Positions 30,380 through 40,262 of a stretch of 64,000 nucleotides of DNA are shown one piece after another. The notes under the pieces were generated by a model, which was given only the letters and a program-made list of their open reading frames with translations, was not told the origin of the DNA and made no database searches. The position numbers and the translations under genes are program-made. Within the stretch, counting starts at the first letter, position 1; each line of letters starts with the position of its first letter. Source of the stretch: an uncultured Chloroflexia bacterium (GTDB taxonomy: Bacteria > Chloroflexota > Anaerolineae > CG2-30-64-16). The stretch lies in the NCBI GenBank assembly GCA_963774265.1, contig CAVZDU010000001.1, positions 1,088,001 through 1,152,000 on the forward strand. The letters are read 5' to 3'.

Positions 30380-31114
30380 CTACGCGATGTCAGAGGTTTC
30401 ATCGTTCGCCGCGCCCGTCTCGCGGCGCACCGTCGGACGGCTCGAGGATGGTTCCCCTGTTGCCGCGATACGGCTGCGAAGGTCCTCGGCATGCCGCCGC
30501 AAGAAGGAGAGCAAGTAGACGAGACCACCCGCCAGCAGGAAGAGCATCACACCGATGCCCAGCGCGGGGGGTAGGAGCCCGGAGACAGGGATGAACACAA
30601 GGAACGCGATGGCGGTGGCCGGCCACAGCACATAAGACAGCCAACTCCACGCGGCCTGCCCGCTCCAGACAAAGAATGCGTGCGCCAGTCCGCCGAGCGC
30701 GGCAAAGAGCAGCGTCAGAGCCAAGGCAGTGTTGATGACCGGCGCAATGAAGACGGTGAGCGTGGCCAATCCACCCAGCAGCAGCAGATAAAGCGCGACC
30801 AGCAGGGCGGTGATGAGGAGATCGAGGCGCCGGCTCTGCAGGGCTAGTCTGAGTTGCGCGTCTACGTCGAGCACTTTGACGGACACCAGGGGGATCGCCA
30901 GATCGCGCAACCGGGCGAGTAGCCCGTATAAGGCCGCGTGGTCAGCCGCGCGGCCGCGTAAGGTAGACTCGCCCTTCGCCGCGGTGATGGTCAGGTCATC
31001 GAACCAGTCGGTCCACTGCCCGCTCGAGAGCCGGCCTTTGACGTGAATCTCGTAGAGAAAAGGCGGCTGGTCGAATGGTCGGCCATCCGGAATCATTGAT
31101 GGGTTCGTTTGCAT
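30380..31114 (-). CDS. Membrane protein: N-terminal 'YEIHVKG...DHAALYG' domain plus four TM helices
   Basis: N-domain paralogous to 14790-14999; hydrophobic C-half; ends 12 bp upstream of the short MalT-like gene. Confidence 0.78.
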   Translation of the reverse strand: MQTNPSMIPDGRPFDQPPFLYEIHVKGRLSSGQWTDWFDDLTITAAKGESTLRGRAADHAALYGLLARLRDLAIPLVSVKVLDVDAQLRLALQSRRLDLLITALLVALYLLLLGGLATLTVFIAPVINTALALTLLFAALGGLAHAFFVWSGQAAWSWLSYVLWPATAIAFLVFIPVSGLLPPALGIGVMLFLLAGGLVYLLSFLRRHAEDLRSRIAATGEPSSSRPTVRRETGAANDETSDIA

Positions 31115-31199
31115 GGGCCTGGCTCCAGAGTCCTGTTCTCGCCAACCGTCGCGGCGGATGATCGGTGGTATTCGCAAGCCAAGTGCTGCGTGTACACTT

Positions 31200-31258
31200 A
31201 TTCTGTCATAGCGCAGGCCGTGTGGGATGCACCGAAAGGCGCATTTGGGGTTGCACTT
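31200..31258 (-). promoter_or_regulatory. Putative activator-dependent promoter with palindromic box 4
   Basis: Minus strand AAGTGCAACCCC-AAATGCGCCTTTCGGTGC-ATCCCA, 17 bp, TGa-CAGAAT. Confidence 0.55.
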
Positions 31259-31378
31259 GAGTCTGCTTCATGTGACCGCCTTCGATCGCAATTGTGATGC
31301 GCATGGGTCGACTCCTTCCCTCCGGAGCGGGCAGGAATCGCGTAGACTCCCGCCCGTGTGAGCGCAGGGGGGCCGAGA

Positions 31379-32552
31379 TCAGTCGGAGTGGAGATTGATG
31401 TAGCCCAGCGGTGCGCGCGCTGATCTCCTCAACCGGCATCACGTCGACCAGCCCGTACTCGCGCGAGCCCAGGCCCAACTTCTCGCCGTACTCGACGACC
31501 TTATAGGGGTCCTTGAGCGGGCCGTGCAGGTGCTGGAAAGGATGGTCCTCGGTATACCAGGGCTCCATCGAGAGCGGGACGTTCTCCTCGATCAGCTTGC
31601 TGCGGGCGATCATGTCGAGCGCAGCCTGACTCGATGGCCACGATGTCATCCGAGCCAAAAATGCCGACGTCGGGCAGGATCGGCAGACCGGTGAAACCGA
31701 AGCAGTCGCAGACCGGCGTCATGTGCGTGCCGATGCTGATGAAGGTTGTCTTGCCCGGCGCAAAGGTGGACAGGCTCAGGCTGACCGAGATGGCGCAGGC
31801 CTCCTGGAAGGCGTGGAAGTTGACCGGGTCGATCTTCCAGCGAGCCTTCCGGCGCCACCTGCAGGCAGCGGCCGCATTGGTTGCAGTTCTCGATGTGCAG
31901 GTGCAGGCCATCAGGGTTTTGCTTGTCCTGCACCACCGCGCCGTGCGGGCAGACGTCGATGATCGCTCGGCGGACCTGCGGGATCGGGGCACAGCTCGGG
32001 GAACCAGTACGGGTCGAAGTGGCAGGTGTCGTGCATCGCGCTGCGGGTCGGCTGCATCATGCAGCCCAGGGCCAGGTTCTTGAAGGCCCCGCCGAAACCA
32101 CACGAGGGGTGACCCTTGATGTGCGCGAAGTCGATCAGAAACGAGGCATCCTGGATGCCGCCACCCACCAGCCAGTCTGTGATGTTCTTGAACGGCTGCG
32201 TGTGCCGGTAGTAGTAATGCTCGTCCAGGCCGCCGGTGGGGAAGATCGAACAGCCCAGGGTTTCCGCGGTGTAGCCGCGCTCCGCGGCGTCACCGGCCGA
32301 CCAGTTCAGATCGACGATAAAGGGTCGACCGCCGCCATCCTTGACGGCCTTCACCACTCGCCGCACGAACACGGGATGCAGGGTTGAATAGCCGACGTTG
32401 CCGCCCAGGTGCATCTTGATGGCGACGTTTTCGCCCTTGACCCGATCGCGGATCGCCAGCTTATCGACGATCAGGTCCAGCTTGATCGGCAGCGTTTCGT
32501 TGGCATCCAGCCGGGTTTGGCGAGGCGAGGCATAGTAAACTGTGCTTGGCAT
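31379..32552 (-). CDS. DUF362 Fe-S domain protein (several frameshifts; 3' end approximate)
   Basis: VAIKMHLG, AHIKGHPSCGFGGAFKNLALGC, CNQCGRCLQV, TPVCDC, DVGIFGSDDIVA. Confidence 0.8.
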
Positions 32553-32684
32553 AGGAGCTCCCTTTGTTTGACATAGCACTTGCTACGGACTAATGTCGCC
32601 GTCAGCCCGTGTCAAGTGACCGGTTTCACCAAGTATCCCCTGGCACGTGGACCTTGTCAAAAAGGCGCGGGCCATCCGGTCGAG

Positions 32685-34871
32685 TCATTCTATAACCGGG
32701 TCCTTGATGGCCCCTCGACCAATCAGGGGCACATCGGTCCCCGGCCTGCCTTCGGGCGGCGCGGTCTTCGCCAGGCGCACCGCGCAAACTTTGTAATCGG
32801 GAATCTTCGCCCGCGCGTCCAACCGGTTGTCGGTCAATACGTTGGCTGCTGCCTCGGCAAAATGAAACGGGACGAAAATTAGCCCGCGCGGCGATCGTCC
32901 CGTCACCAAAGCGCGCGCCGTGATGCTCCCGCGGCGGCTGACTACTTCGACCCAGTCGCCGGAGGCGATGGCGAGGCGTTCTGCGTCCTTCGGGTGCAAC
33001 TCGACGGTGCATTCCGGCCAAATCGCGTCCAGTCTGGACACGCGCGTCATGGTGCCCCCGTGCCAGTGATACAACACACGGCCGGTGCTCAGCACGAACG
33101 GATACTCTTCGTCCGGCAGTTCGCTGTCCGTCTTCCAGGCCACCGGCCAGAACTTGCCCCGGCCTCGCGGGAACTCCTGCTCGAACAAATAAGGGGTGCC
33201 TGGGTGGTCCGGCGCAGGACACGGCCAATGCACACCGTCCTCACGCGCCAGCCGCGCGTAGTCGATGCCCCAGAAGTCCGGCGTGAGCCGCCGCATCTCC
33301 TCCCACACGTCTGAAGCGCTGGTGTATGACCAGTTTGCACCTGTTAGGGCTTCTGGCCGGTTCATTTTGCCCAGCGTCACTTGCGCCAGGTCCGTGAGGA
33401 TTCGCCAGTCTGGACGCGCCTGCCCGGGCGGTGGCACAGCGACGGCCACCCGTTGCACGCGCCGGTCAGTATTGGTAAAGGTTCCCTCTTTTTCCGCAAA
33501 GCTGGCCGCAGGAAGGATCACGTCCGCATAGACGTTCGTCTCGTTGAAGAAGATGTCCTGGGAGACGAGGAATTCAAGTTGCTCGACGGCATGGCGTGCA
33601 TGCGCCTGGTGCGGTTCGCTCATCAGGGGATTTTCACCCATGAGGTACCAGCCGCGGACCCTGCCCGTAAATACCCCGTCCACGAACTCGGTCGTTGTCA
33701 GGCCCGGCTGGTCCGGCAGTGGGACGCTCCAGGCAGCCTCGAATTTCGCGCGCACCGCGGGATCGGTCACCGGCTGATACGCGGTGTACACACCTGGCGA
33801 CCCTCCCGAATCCGAACAGCCTTGGACGTTGTTCTGTCCCCGCAGGGGGTTCAGGCCCGTCCCTGGCCGGCCGACATGCCCGCACAGGAGTGCGAGATTC
33901 GTAAGCGTCAGCGTGTTGTCGGATCCGTGGGTGCTCTGGCTGATGCCCATGCCCCAGTACATGGCTGCGGCCCTGGCGCCAGCGTAGACGCGCGCCGCGC
34001 GCCGGATATCGGCCGCAGGGACGCCCGTGATCTCCTCTGCCCATTCCGGCGTCTTACCTACCAGGTCCGCCACGTACGCGTCGTAGCCTTCGGTGCGCGC
34101 GGCGATGAATGCCTGGTTGGTCAAGCCCTCGCTGACGACCACGTTTGCCAGCGCGTTGAATAGGGCAGTGTCCGTGCCGGGCCTGTGGCGGAGCCAGATC
34201 TCCGCAAAGCGCGTCATCTCTGTCTGCCGGGGGTCCGCCACGATCAGCCGTGCGCTATTGCGCTCCACGGCCTGCTTGAGGAAGGTCGAGATGACGGGGT
34301 GGGTCTCGGTTGTGTTCGAGCCGATCACCATGAAACATTCAAGGTTGCTCATTTCGGCGATCGAATTGCTCATGGCGCTTGAACCAAGGGCCAACTGCAA
34401 GCCGGCGACGCTGCCCGCATGACATAAGCGCGCACAGTGGTCGACGTTGTTGGTCCCGATTACGCCGCGGATGTATTTTTGAAGCAGATAGTTGTCCTCG
34501 TTGGTGGCCTTGGCGCACGCGTTGGCTGTGATGCTATCGGGTCCGCAACGGTCACGCAGGCTGAGAAGACGGTCCGCCACGGTGGACAGCGCCTCCTCCC
34601 AGGATACCTGCCGCCAGTCCTCGGGACCCGATGCGGGTGTGCGATGTCCGGGCGCCAGGAGAGTGCGCCGGACAAGCGGGCTCGTCAGACGAGTCGGGTG
34701 GTGCACAAAATCCCAACCAAAGCGTCCCTTGACACACAACCGACCGTAGTTCGGCGCGACGTCGAACGGTGCGTCCACGCGGAAAATGCGCCCGTCACGC
34801 ACGTAGAGGTCAATACGACATCCTACGCCGCAGAAAGGACACGCTGATCTGACAATAGAGTTGGCCTGCAT
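32685..34871 (-). CDS. fdhF: Formate dehydrogenase-like molybdopterin oxidoreductase catalytic subunit (Cys ligand)
   Basis: CPFCGVGC..LCVKGRFG, NNVDHCARLCHAG, PLRGQNNVQG, AEKEGTFTNTDRRVQ, KIPDYKVCAV. Confidence 0.88.
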   Translation of the reverse strand: MQANSIVRSACPFCGVGCRIDLYVRDGRIFRVDAPFDVAPNYGRLCVKGRFGWDFVHHPTRLTSPLVRRTLLAPGHRTPASGPEDWRQVSWEEALSTVADRLLSLRDRCGPDSITANACAKATNEDNYLLQKYIRGVIGTNNVDHCARLCHAGSVAGLQLALGSSAMSNSIAEMSNLECFMVIGSNTTETHPVISTFLKQAVERNSARLIVADPRQTEMTRFAEIWLRHRPGTDTALFNALANVVVSEGLTNQAFIAARTEGYDAYVADLVGKTPEWAEEITGVPAADIRRAARVYAGARAAAMYWGMGISQSTHGSDNTLTLTNLALLCGHVGRPGTGLNPLRGQNNVQGCSDSGGSPGVYTAYQPVTDPAVRAKFEAAWSVPLPDQPGLTTTEFVDGVFTGRVRGWYLMGENPLMSEPHQAHARHAVEQLEFLVSQDIFFNETNVYADVILPAASFAEKEGTFTNTDRRVQRVAVAVPPPGQARPDWRILTDLAQVTLGKMNRPEALTGANWSYTSASDVWEEMRRLTPDFWGIDYARLAREDGVHWPCPAPDHPGTPYLFEQEFPRGRGKFWPVAWKTDSELPDEEYPFVLSTGRVLYHWHGGTMTRVSRLDAIWPECTVELHPKDAERLAIASGDWVEVVSRRGSITARALVTGRSPRGLIFVPFHFAEAAANVLTDNRLDARAKIPDYKVCAVRLAKTAPPEGRPGTDVPLIGRGAIKDPVIE

Positions 34872-34884
34872 ATGCGCCCCTATG

Positions 34885-34940
34885 GATTGAAGATTGGCAT
34901 TTCGGTTTCGTCTTCAATCTCTAATCTTCAATCTCGAATT
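34885..34940. repeat. Inverted pair of heptamer arrays between the Fe-S subunit and fdh genes
   Basis: gattgaa gattggc ... cgtc ttcaatc tctaatc ttcaatc tcgaatt; supplies EIED* of the upstream gene. Confidence 0.8.
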
Positions 34941-35559
34941 CCGTTCGTCCCTTGAGTGCGCCGGTCGGACAGACGCCGACGCAATTGCCGCAGAAGACGC
35001 AAGTCGTTTGGGGCATCGGGGCGCCGTAAGCGGTCGCCACGTGGCTGTGGATGCCCCGGCCGCCCCAGGTGAGCGCGTACGTGTTCTGCACGTCGCCCGC
35101 GCAGACCTGGATGCACCGCCAGCACATCACGCATTTTGAATAGTCCCGGATATAAAACGGGTTGTCGACGGCCACCGCGAACTCGCGACGCAGGCCGCCT
35201 GCGAACCTCTCTGGTTGCGCGCCGAGTCGCTCCATATACGCCAGGATTTCCGGCGCCTCGCTGAGATCCACCGTCGACGCCAACAATTCGAGGATCACCC
35301 TTCGGGCCGTCAGCACACGTTCGGTCTCAGTGTTGATTACCATGCCCTGCGCCACGGGCACCACGCAGGCCGGCTGCAGGTTGCGCGCGCCGACAACCTC
35401 GACCACGCAGAGACGGCAGATCCCGTTGGATGTCAGGTTGGGGTGATAACATAGCGTGGGGATTTCCACGCCCGCGTTGCGCGCAGTCTTCAGGATCGTC
35501 GTCCCGGCCGAGGCGCGCACCGTCCGGCCGTTGATGGTGAGCGAGATCAGATCCGCCAT
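34921..35559 (-). CDS. 2Fe-2S / 2x4Fe-4S electron-transfer subunit (NuoG/FdsA N-terminal-like)
   Basis: [16 protein letters not shown]; [11 protein letters not shown]; [16 protein letters not shown]. Confidence 0.9.
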   Translation of the reverse strand: MADLISLTINGRTVRASAGTTILKTARNAGVEIPTLCYHPNLTSNGICRLCVVEVVGARNLQPACVVPVAQGMVINTETERVLTARRVILELLASTVDLSEAPEILAYMERLGAQPERFAGGLRREFAVAVDNPFYIRDYSKCVMCWRCIQVCAGDVQNTYALTWGGRGIHSHVATAYGAPMPQTTCVFCGNCVGVCPTGALKGRTEFEIED

Positions 35560-35571
35560 GATGCCTCTTAC

Positions 35572-37320
35572 TTATCCAAAGAGTTCAGGCCAGCGGGCCT
35601 GGGCACTGATGATGGCGGTCGACGCGGCCTGGCCAAGCCCACAGATGCTTGCGTCGGTCATCGTCGCTGCCAGTTCCTTCAGATCGACCCAATCGCTGGC
35701 GCGCTTCTCGCCCCGCGCCCTGCGCGCCAGGATTTCGGCCTGCCGCTGCGTGCCCATCTGGCACGGGTAGCATTTTCCGCAGCTCTCGTGGCCGAAGAAC
35801 GCACCGATGCGTGCCAACACGTCGGGAAGGTCCACCGTATCGTCAAAGACCATGATCGTCCCCGCGCCGATGGTGCCCCCAACCTTCCGGAAATCCTCAA
35901 ACGTCAGCGGAACATCGAGATGTTCCGCGGTGAGGAACGTGCCGGCCGCGCCCCCGGTCAGCACACCCTGGGTGGTTCGCCCCTCGCCCAACCCGCCCGC
36001 CAGATCGTAGATCAGGTGGTGCAGGGGCATGCCGAACGGCGTTTCGTACACCCCGGGCCGCACGACCGATCCGCTCACCGCAAAGAGCTTGGTGCCGGCC
36101 GATTCACTGGTGCCCAACGCGTTGTACCAGATCGGACCATGCATGATGATGGACGGGACCTTGGCCAGGGTCTCCACGTTGTTGATCACGGTGGGGTGAC
36201 CCCACAACCCCGCCTCCACCGGATAGGGCGGCCGCAAGCGCGGGAAGCCCCGTTTGCCCTCGATGCTTTCCATCAAGGCGGTCTCCTCGCCGCAGACGTA
36301 TGCGCCGGCGCCCCGGCGAACTTCAATCTGGCATGCGAACGGCCCGTCTGCGGACTCGCCACAGAGATAGCCGGCCTGGTCCACCTGCCAGACAGCTTCA
36401 CTGAAGCGCTCGTAACCCAGCCGATGCTCTCCGCGCACATAGATGAACGCGCGCTGCGCGCCGACCGCGTAACACGCGATCAGCAGCCCCTCGATCACCC
36501 GGAACGGATCGCCGTCCATGAGCACCCGGTCCTTAAACGCGCCCGGCTCGCTCTCGTCCGCGTTGCAGATCACATAGCGGGGCCGGGGGTTGCGCGCAGC
36601 ATACTCCCACTTCAGGCCGGCCGGGAATGCGGCGCCCCCGCGACCCACCAGCTTGCTCGCCTTCATCTGAGCGATCACCTGCGCCGGGGTCATCTCCCGC
36701 AGGACCTTACGCAGCGCAGCCATGCCGCCCTGTGCGCGGTAGTCGGTCAGGCTGGTGGGGTCGACGACGCCGACGTTGGTCAGCGCCACCTTCACCAGCC
36801 CGCCGATCTTCAACTGCACGGGTACTGGCGTCCCGTCGAGCAGAGTGTCGGCCGTGGCGGGCGCGTAGCGCTCACCATCGACCAGCGCCGCCGGCGCGCG
36901 ATCGCACAGCCCGAGGCAGCGGACCGGTTCGAGTGTCACCGCGCCGTCGGTGGTTGTCTGGCCCGGCGCGCATCCCAACCGCTCGCTGAGCGCCGTCAGC
37001 AGCGCGTCGCTGCCGCGCAGCGCGCACGGTCCATCGACGCACACGCGGACGACCTGGCGCCCCACCGGTTCGGTATGGAACATATCGTAGAACTCGGTGA
37101 CGCCGTAGACGTCGGCCAGGGGCACCTGGAGATACGCGGCGATCCGTCGCAGGGCCGGCTCAGGCAGCCAGCCATCGAACAGCGCTTGCGCGTCGTGCAG
37201 CACTTCGAGCAGGATAGTTTGCCCGCGCGGGCCGTGCCGCGTCAGAATGTGCTCCAGCTCGGCCAGGCGATCGGGGCCGGGCGTCTTGGAGATCGTGGGT
37301 GAAGGCACCATTGCGTCCAT
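35572..37320 (-). CDS. Fused NuoE-NuoF-like NAD(P)H/FMN-binding diaphorase subunit
   Basis: CVDGPC..CLGLC (2Fe-2S); GRGGAAFPAG, CNADESEPG, GAYVCGEETAL, ESCGKCYPC, SICGLG. Confidence 0.92.
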   Translation of the reverse strand: MDAMVPSPTISKTPGPDRLAELEHILTRHGPRGQTILLEVLHDAQALFDGWLPEPALRRIAAYLQVPLADVYGVTEFYDMFHTEPVGRQVVRVCVDGPCALRGSDALLTALSERLGCAPGQTTTDGAVTLEPVRCLGLCDRAPAALVDGERYAPATADTLLDGTPVPVQLKIGGLVKVALTNVGVVDPTSLTDYRAQGGMAALRKVLREMTPAQVIAQMKASKLVGRGGAAFPAGLKWEYAARNPRPRYVICNADESEPGAFKDRVLMDGDPFRVIEGLLIACYAVGAQRAFIYVRGEHRLGYERFSEAVWQVDQAGYLCGESADGPFACQIEVRRGAGAYVCGEETALMESIEGKRGFPRLRPPYPVEAGLWGHPTVINNVETLAKVPSIIMHGPIWYNALGTSESAGTKLFAVSGSVVRPGVYETPFGMPLHHLIYDLAGGLGEGRTTQGVLTGGAAGTFLTAEHLDVPLTFEDFRKVGGTIGAGTIMVFDDTVDLPDVLARIGAFFGHESCGKCYPCQMGTQRQAEILARRARGEKRASDWVDLKELAATMTDASICGLGQAASTAIISAQARWPELFG

Positions 37321-37457
37321 GGTTGTTCCTGTCGGCGCTGCGCTGTGGGATCAGGTAGTGGACGAATTGTACCTTCGCGCGCGTTGGGTGTCAACGTACG
37401 CGAATCTGCAGCATGACGAACAACCCCAAGGTCGTGATGATTCCTGCAAGAGTTGCT

Positions 37458-38126
37458 TTATGCCGATTCACCCGCTGCGGGCTGCGAGTGAACAGTCCTG
37501 CTGACGACCCCTGCCCCATAGAGAACCAAGGCGCAGCCCATCGGAAACAACAGCTCGTTGACTCCCCAGCCAAGCAGCCCTGAGACCGACCCGGCAGTTG
37601 CAGGCGTCAGCAACAGGACGATCGCGCCAAATACCACCCCTACAGTCAGCCCCGCAGTCAAATATAGCGTTGGCCTGCTCTTGCGCTTAGCAAGGATCGC
37701 CAGCACTGCACCGAGACACAGATACTCCACGCCTCGCAGGGCGCCCAACGCGATCAGGATGGGCGAGGCTGGCGCAGACGCAATCGCGGATGTGAGTTCG
37801 GACACCGTCTTCTGGACGGCTTGAGCGGCGGTAAAGGCCAGCGGCGCGCTGATGAGGCCTGCCAGACCAACCCAAAACGGTTTGCCCTCCGACAGGACTT
37901 TGCCGATACCTAGCCCCCCGCATACGAGGAGCGACCATGTGACCTTCCCGAGTCCCTCGCTGATAGGCTGCAGTTGGGGGAGCCTGTCCAGCCGGATCAC
38001 CAGGAGGAGACCCTCCATGAGCAGGCCGAGTAGGATCGACCACCAGGCGACACGGGTCAGGGTGGGGCGAAGGCCTGCGCGGTCACGTGCGGCCGCCGAG
38101 CTTGCCGGCGAGTGTTGGGTCTTCAT
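37458..38126 (-). CDS. Hypothetical multi-pass membrane protein
   Basis: AGGAGG RBS before MKTQHSP; about six hydrophobic segments. Confidence 0.7.
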   Translation of the reverse strand: MKTQHSPASSAAARDRAGLRPTLTRVAWWSILLGLLMEGLLLVIRLDRLPQLQPISEGLGKVTWSLLVCGGLGIGKVLSEGKPFWVGLAGLISAPLAFTAAQAVQKTVSELTSAIASAPASPILIALGALRGVEYLCLGAVLAILAKRKSRPTLYLTAGLTVGVVFGAIVLLLTPATAGSVSGLLGWGVNELLFPMGCALVLYGAGVVSRTVHSQPAAGESA

Positions 38127-38451
38127 GCTAATGTCCTCCTGGACCACTGATCCGACATATCTCCAGCCTGGACACTTGAATGGGTCTGGAGTCTGTATCG
38201 TGCAATAACTGTACAAAGTCTTCTGTGGGAGAGCTTCCTGAGCGCCTTCACCCGTTTGTCCCATCTTTGAACGAACGCGCGCTGGATGAACTCGTCCAAC
38301 GTCGGCAGCTTGACCCGCTACACTGGCGCGACCTTGCTCATGTCCACTTGACCGAATATGGCACAAGCTATGCGCAAATACAAACGTTTCTTTGCAGGCG
38401 GTGGTATACTTGGCAGCCAGGTCGTGGATCGAGCTGCGGAGGAGGCTGAAC

Positions 38452-39465
38452 TTGTCCGACACCGACGCCATAGTCGTCGACACCCTCACGAAGACCTATC
38501 GCGTCCCCGAGCGCGAGGGCGGACTCGGCGCGGCTGTCCGCAGCTTCTTCCGGCGCAAGTATAAAGACGTGCAGGCAGTCCAAGAGGTCAGCTTCCGCAT
38601 CGCGCGGGGCGAGATCGTCGGCTTCCTGGGGCCCAACGGCGCAGGCAAGACTACGACGCTGAAGATGCTTTCCGGACTGCTCCATCCCACCCGCGGAAGC
38701 GCCCAGGTTCTCGGCTTTACCCCGTGGGACCGCAAGGCGGACTTCCTGCGCAGCATCACCCTCGTGATGGGCCAGCGCAACCGCCTGTCGTGGGACATCC
38801 CGGCGGCCGATTCGTTCCTTCTTAACCAGGCCATCTATCGCCTGAGCGATGCGGATTACAAGCACACGCTGGCGGAGTTGGACGAACTGCTCGAACTCAA
38901 GCCGATCATCACCAAGCCGGTTCGCAACCTCTCCCTGGGTGAGCGAATGAAATGCGAGTTGGCTGCGGGGTTGCTCCACCGGCCGCAGGTGCTCTTTCTG
39001 GACGAGCCGACCATTGGCCTGGACATCACCGCACAGGCGCGCATCCGCACGTTCCTGCGAGAATACAACCGGCGCACCGGCGCGACGATCTTGCTCACCA
39101 GCCACTACATGGCCGACGTCACCGCGCTGTGCGAGCGTATCCTCATGATCCACCACGGCCGGCTCAAGTACGACGGCGGCATCACCGATCTCTCGCGGCG
39201 CATCGCGCCCGTCAAGCTGATCGGCGTCGCGCTGTGCGATGGCGCGCGCGTCGACCTGAGCCGGTATGGCCAGCCGGTGGCGGGTGAGGCCGAGAACGGC
39301 AGCGGCCGGGCGCGCATCCAGGTGCCGGCCGACGACGTCGCCAGCGTTACTGCGCGGCTGCTGTCCGAACTGGATGTCCAGGATCTGAGCATCGAAGAGG
39401 TTCCGATCGAGGACGTGATCGAGGCCGCGTTCCGCGAGGAAGCGGAGGAGGAATCGCGCGGATGA
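38452..39465 (+). CDS. ABC-2 type exporter ATP-binding protein
   Basis: GPNGAGKTT, LSLGERMK, LDEPTIGLD; TTG start after GGAGGAGG. Confidence 0.92.
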   Translation: MSDTDAIVVDTLTKTYRVPEREGGLGAAVRSFFRRKYKDVQAVQEVSFRIARGEIVGFLGPNGAGKTTTLKMLSGLLHPTRGSAQVLGFTPWDRKADFLRSITLVMGQRNRLSWDIPAADSFLLNQAIYRLSDADYKHTLAELDELLELKPIITKPVRNLSLGERMKCELAAGLLHRPQVLFLDEPTIGLDITAQARIRTFLREYNRRTGATILLTSHYMADVTALCERILMIHHGRLKYDGGITDLSRRIAPVKLIGVALCDGARVDLSRYGQPVAGEAENGSGRARIQVPADDVASVTARLLSELDVQDLSIEEVPIEDVIEAAFREEAEEESRG

Positions 39466-40259
39466 TCCGCATTTACCAGCGCTTCTGGCAGATGAACTGG
39501 GCGGAGCAGTGGCAATACCGCGCCAACCTCCTGATGTATCTGCTGTACTGGCTCGTCTCGCCCATCGTCTACCTCTCCGTGTGGAGTGCGGTGGCCAACG
39601 CCCAGGGCAGTGTGCAGGGCCTCACTGCCAACGACTTCGTTACCTACTACATGGCACTGCTGGTCGTCGACGTGCTGACCAGCGACATTACCCTGCATAT
39701 CCTGGCGTACAAGATCCAGGACGGCACGCTGTCGGGCGAGCTGCTGCGGCCGGTACACCCCATCCTGACCGGCACGATGATCAACAACCTGGCGTTCAAG
39801 GCGTTGACTTTCGCAGCCCTGATCCCGGTCTGGCTGGTGCTGTACGTCCTCGTCCGGCCCGATTTCAGCGCGGTGACGCTCCAATCGGTGCTGCTGGCTA
39901 TGCCGGCCATTCTTCTCGGCTATGGAATCAGCTTTCTGCTCGGGTCGACGCTTACCTGTGTGGCGTTCTGGACGACGCGCGTCTATGCGGTGAACGACTT
40001 TTTCTACGCGTTGGGCGTCCTCTTCTCGGGCCAGTTCGTGCCGCTGGAGCTGATGCCGCGGGCCATCCAGGGGATCGCGCAATACCTGCCGTTCCAGCTC
40101 ACGCGCTATTTCCCGGTCCAGCTCATCCTGAACCGGCTGCCGCCGGAAGCGCTCTGGCGCAACTATGCGCTGTGCGTGCTCTGGCTGTTTATTTGCTTGG
40201 GGCTGTTCCTCGTGGTCTGGCGCGCGGGGGTCAAGCGCTTCTCCGCGGTGGGAGCGTAG
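39462..40259 (+). CDS. ABC-2 family permease (DUF990-like)
   Basis: QYRAN, IQDGTLSGELLRP, SGQFVPL. Confidence 0.88.
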   Translation: MIRIYQRFWQMNWAEQWQYRANLLMYLLYWLVSPIVYLSVWSAVANAQGSVQGLTANDFVTYYMALLVVDVLTSDITLHILAYKIQDGTLSGELLRPVHPILTGTMINNLAFKALTFAALIPVWLVLYVLVRPDFSAVTLQSVLLAMPAILLGYGISFLLGSTLTCVAFWTTRVYAVNDFFYALGVLFSGQFVPLELMPRAIQGIAQYLPFQLTRYFPVQLILNRLPPEALWRNYALCVLWLFICLGLFLVVWRAGVKRFSAVGA

Positions 40260-40262
40260 CCC

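Noticed and set aside
31328-31355. Hairpin CGGGCAGGAATC..GACTCCCGCCCG after the DUF362 gene
   Set aside because: Imperfect, single copy in the window and no U-tract; cannot be called a terminator or a REP
34420-34440. Selenocysteine in the formate dehydrogenase active site
   Set aside because: The codon is TGT (CARLCH) and the ORF is uninterrupted
35788-37302. Long antisense or alternative-frame ORFs (also 39509-41227, 45675-47240 and 61030-62553)
   Set aside because: Shadow ORFs expected in high-GC coding DNA; no recognisable motifs except the short cNMP remnant at 41093-41227
38359-38373. sigma54-like TGGCACAAGCTATGC
   Set aside because: Mismatch in the -12 element, no enhancer-binding protein nearby, and a good extended -10 (TGgTATACT) lies just downstream
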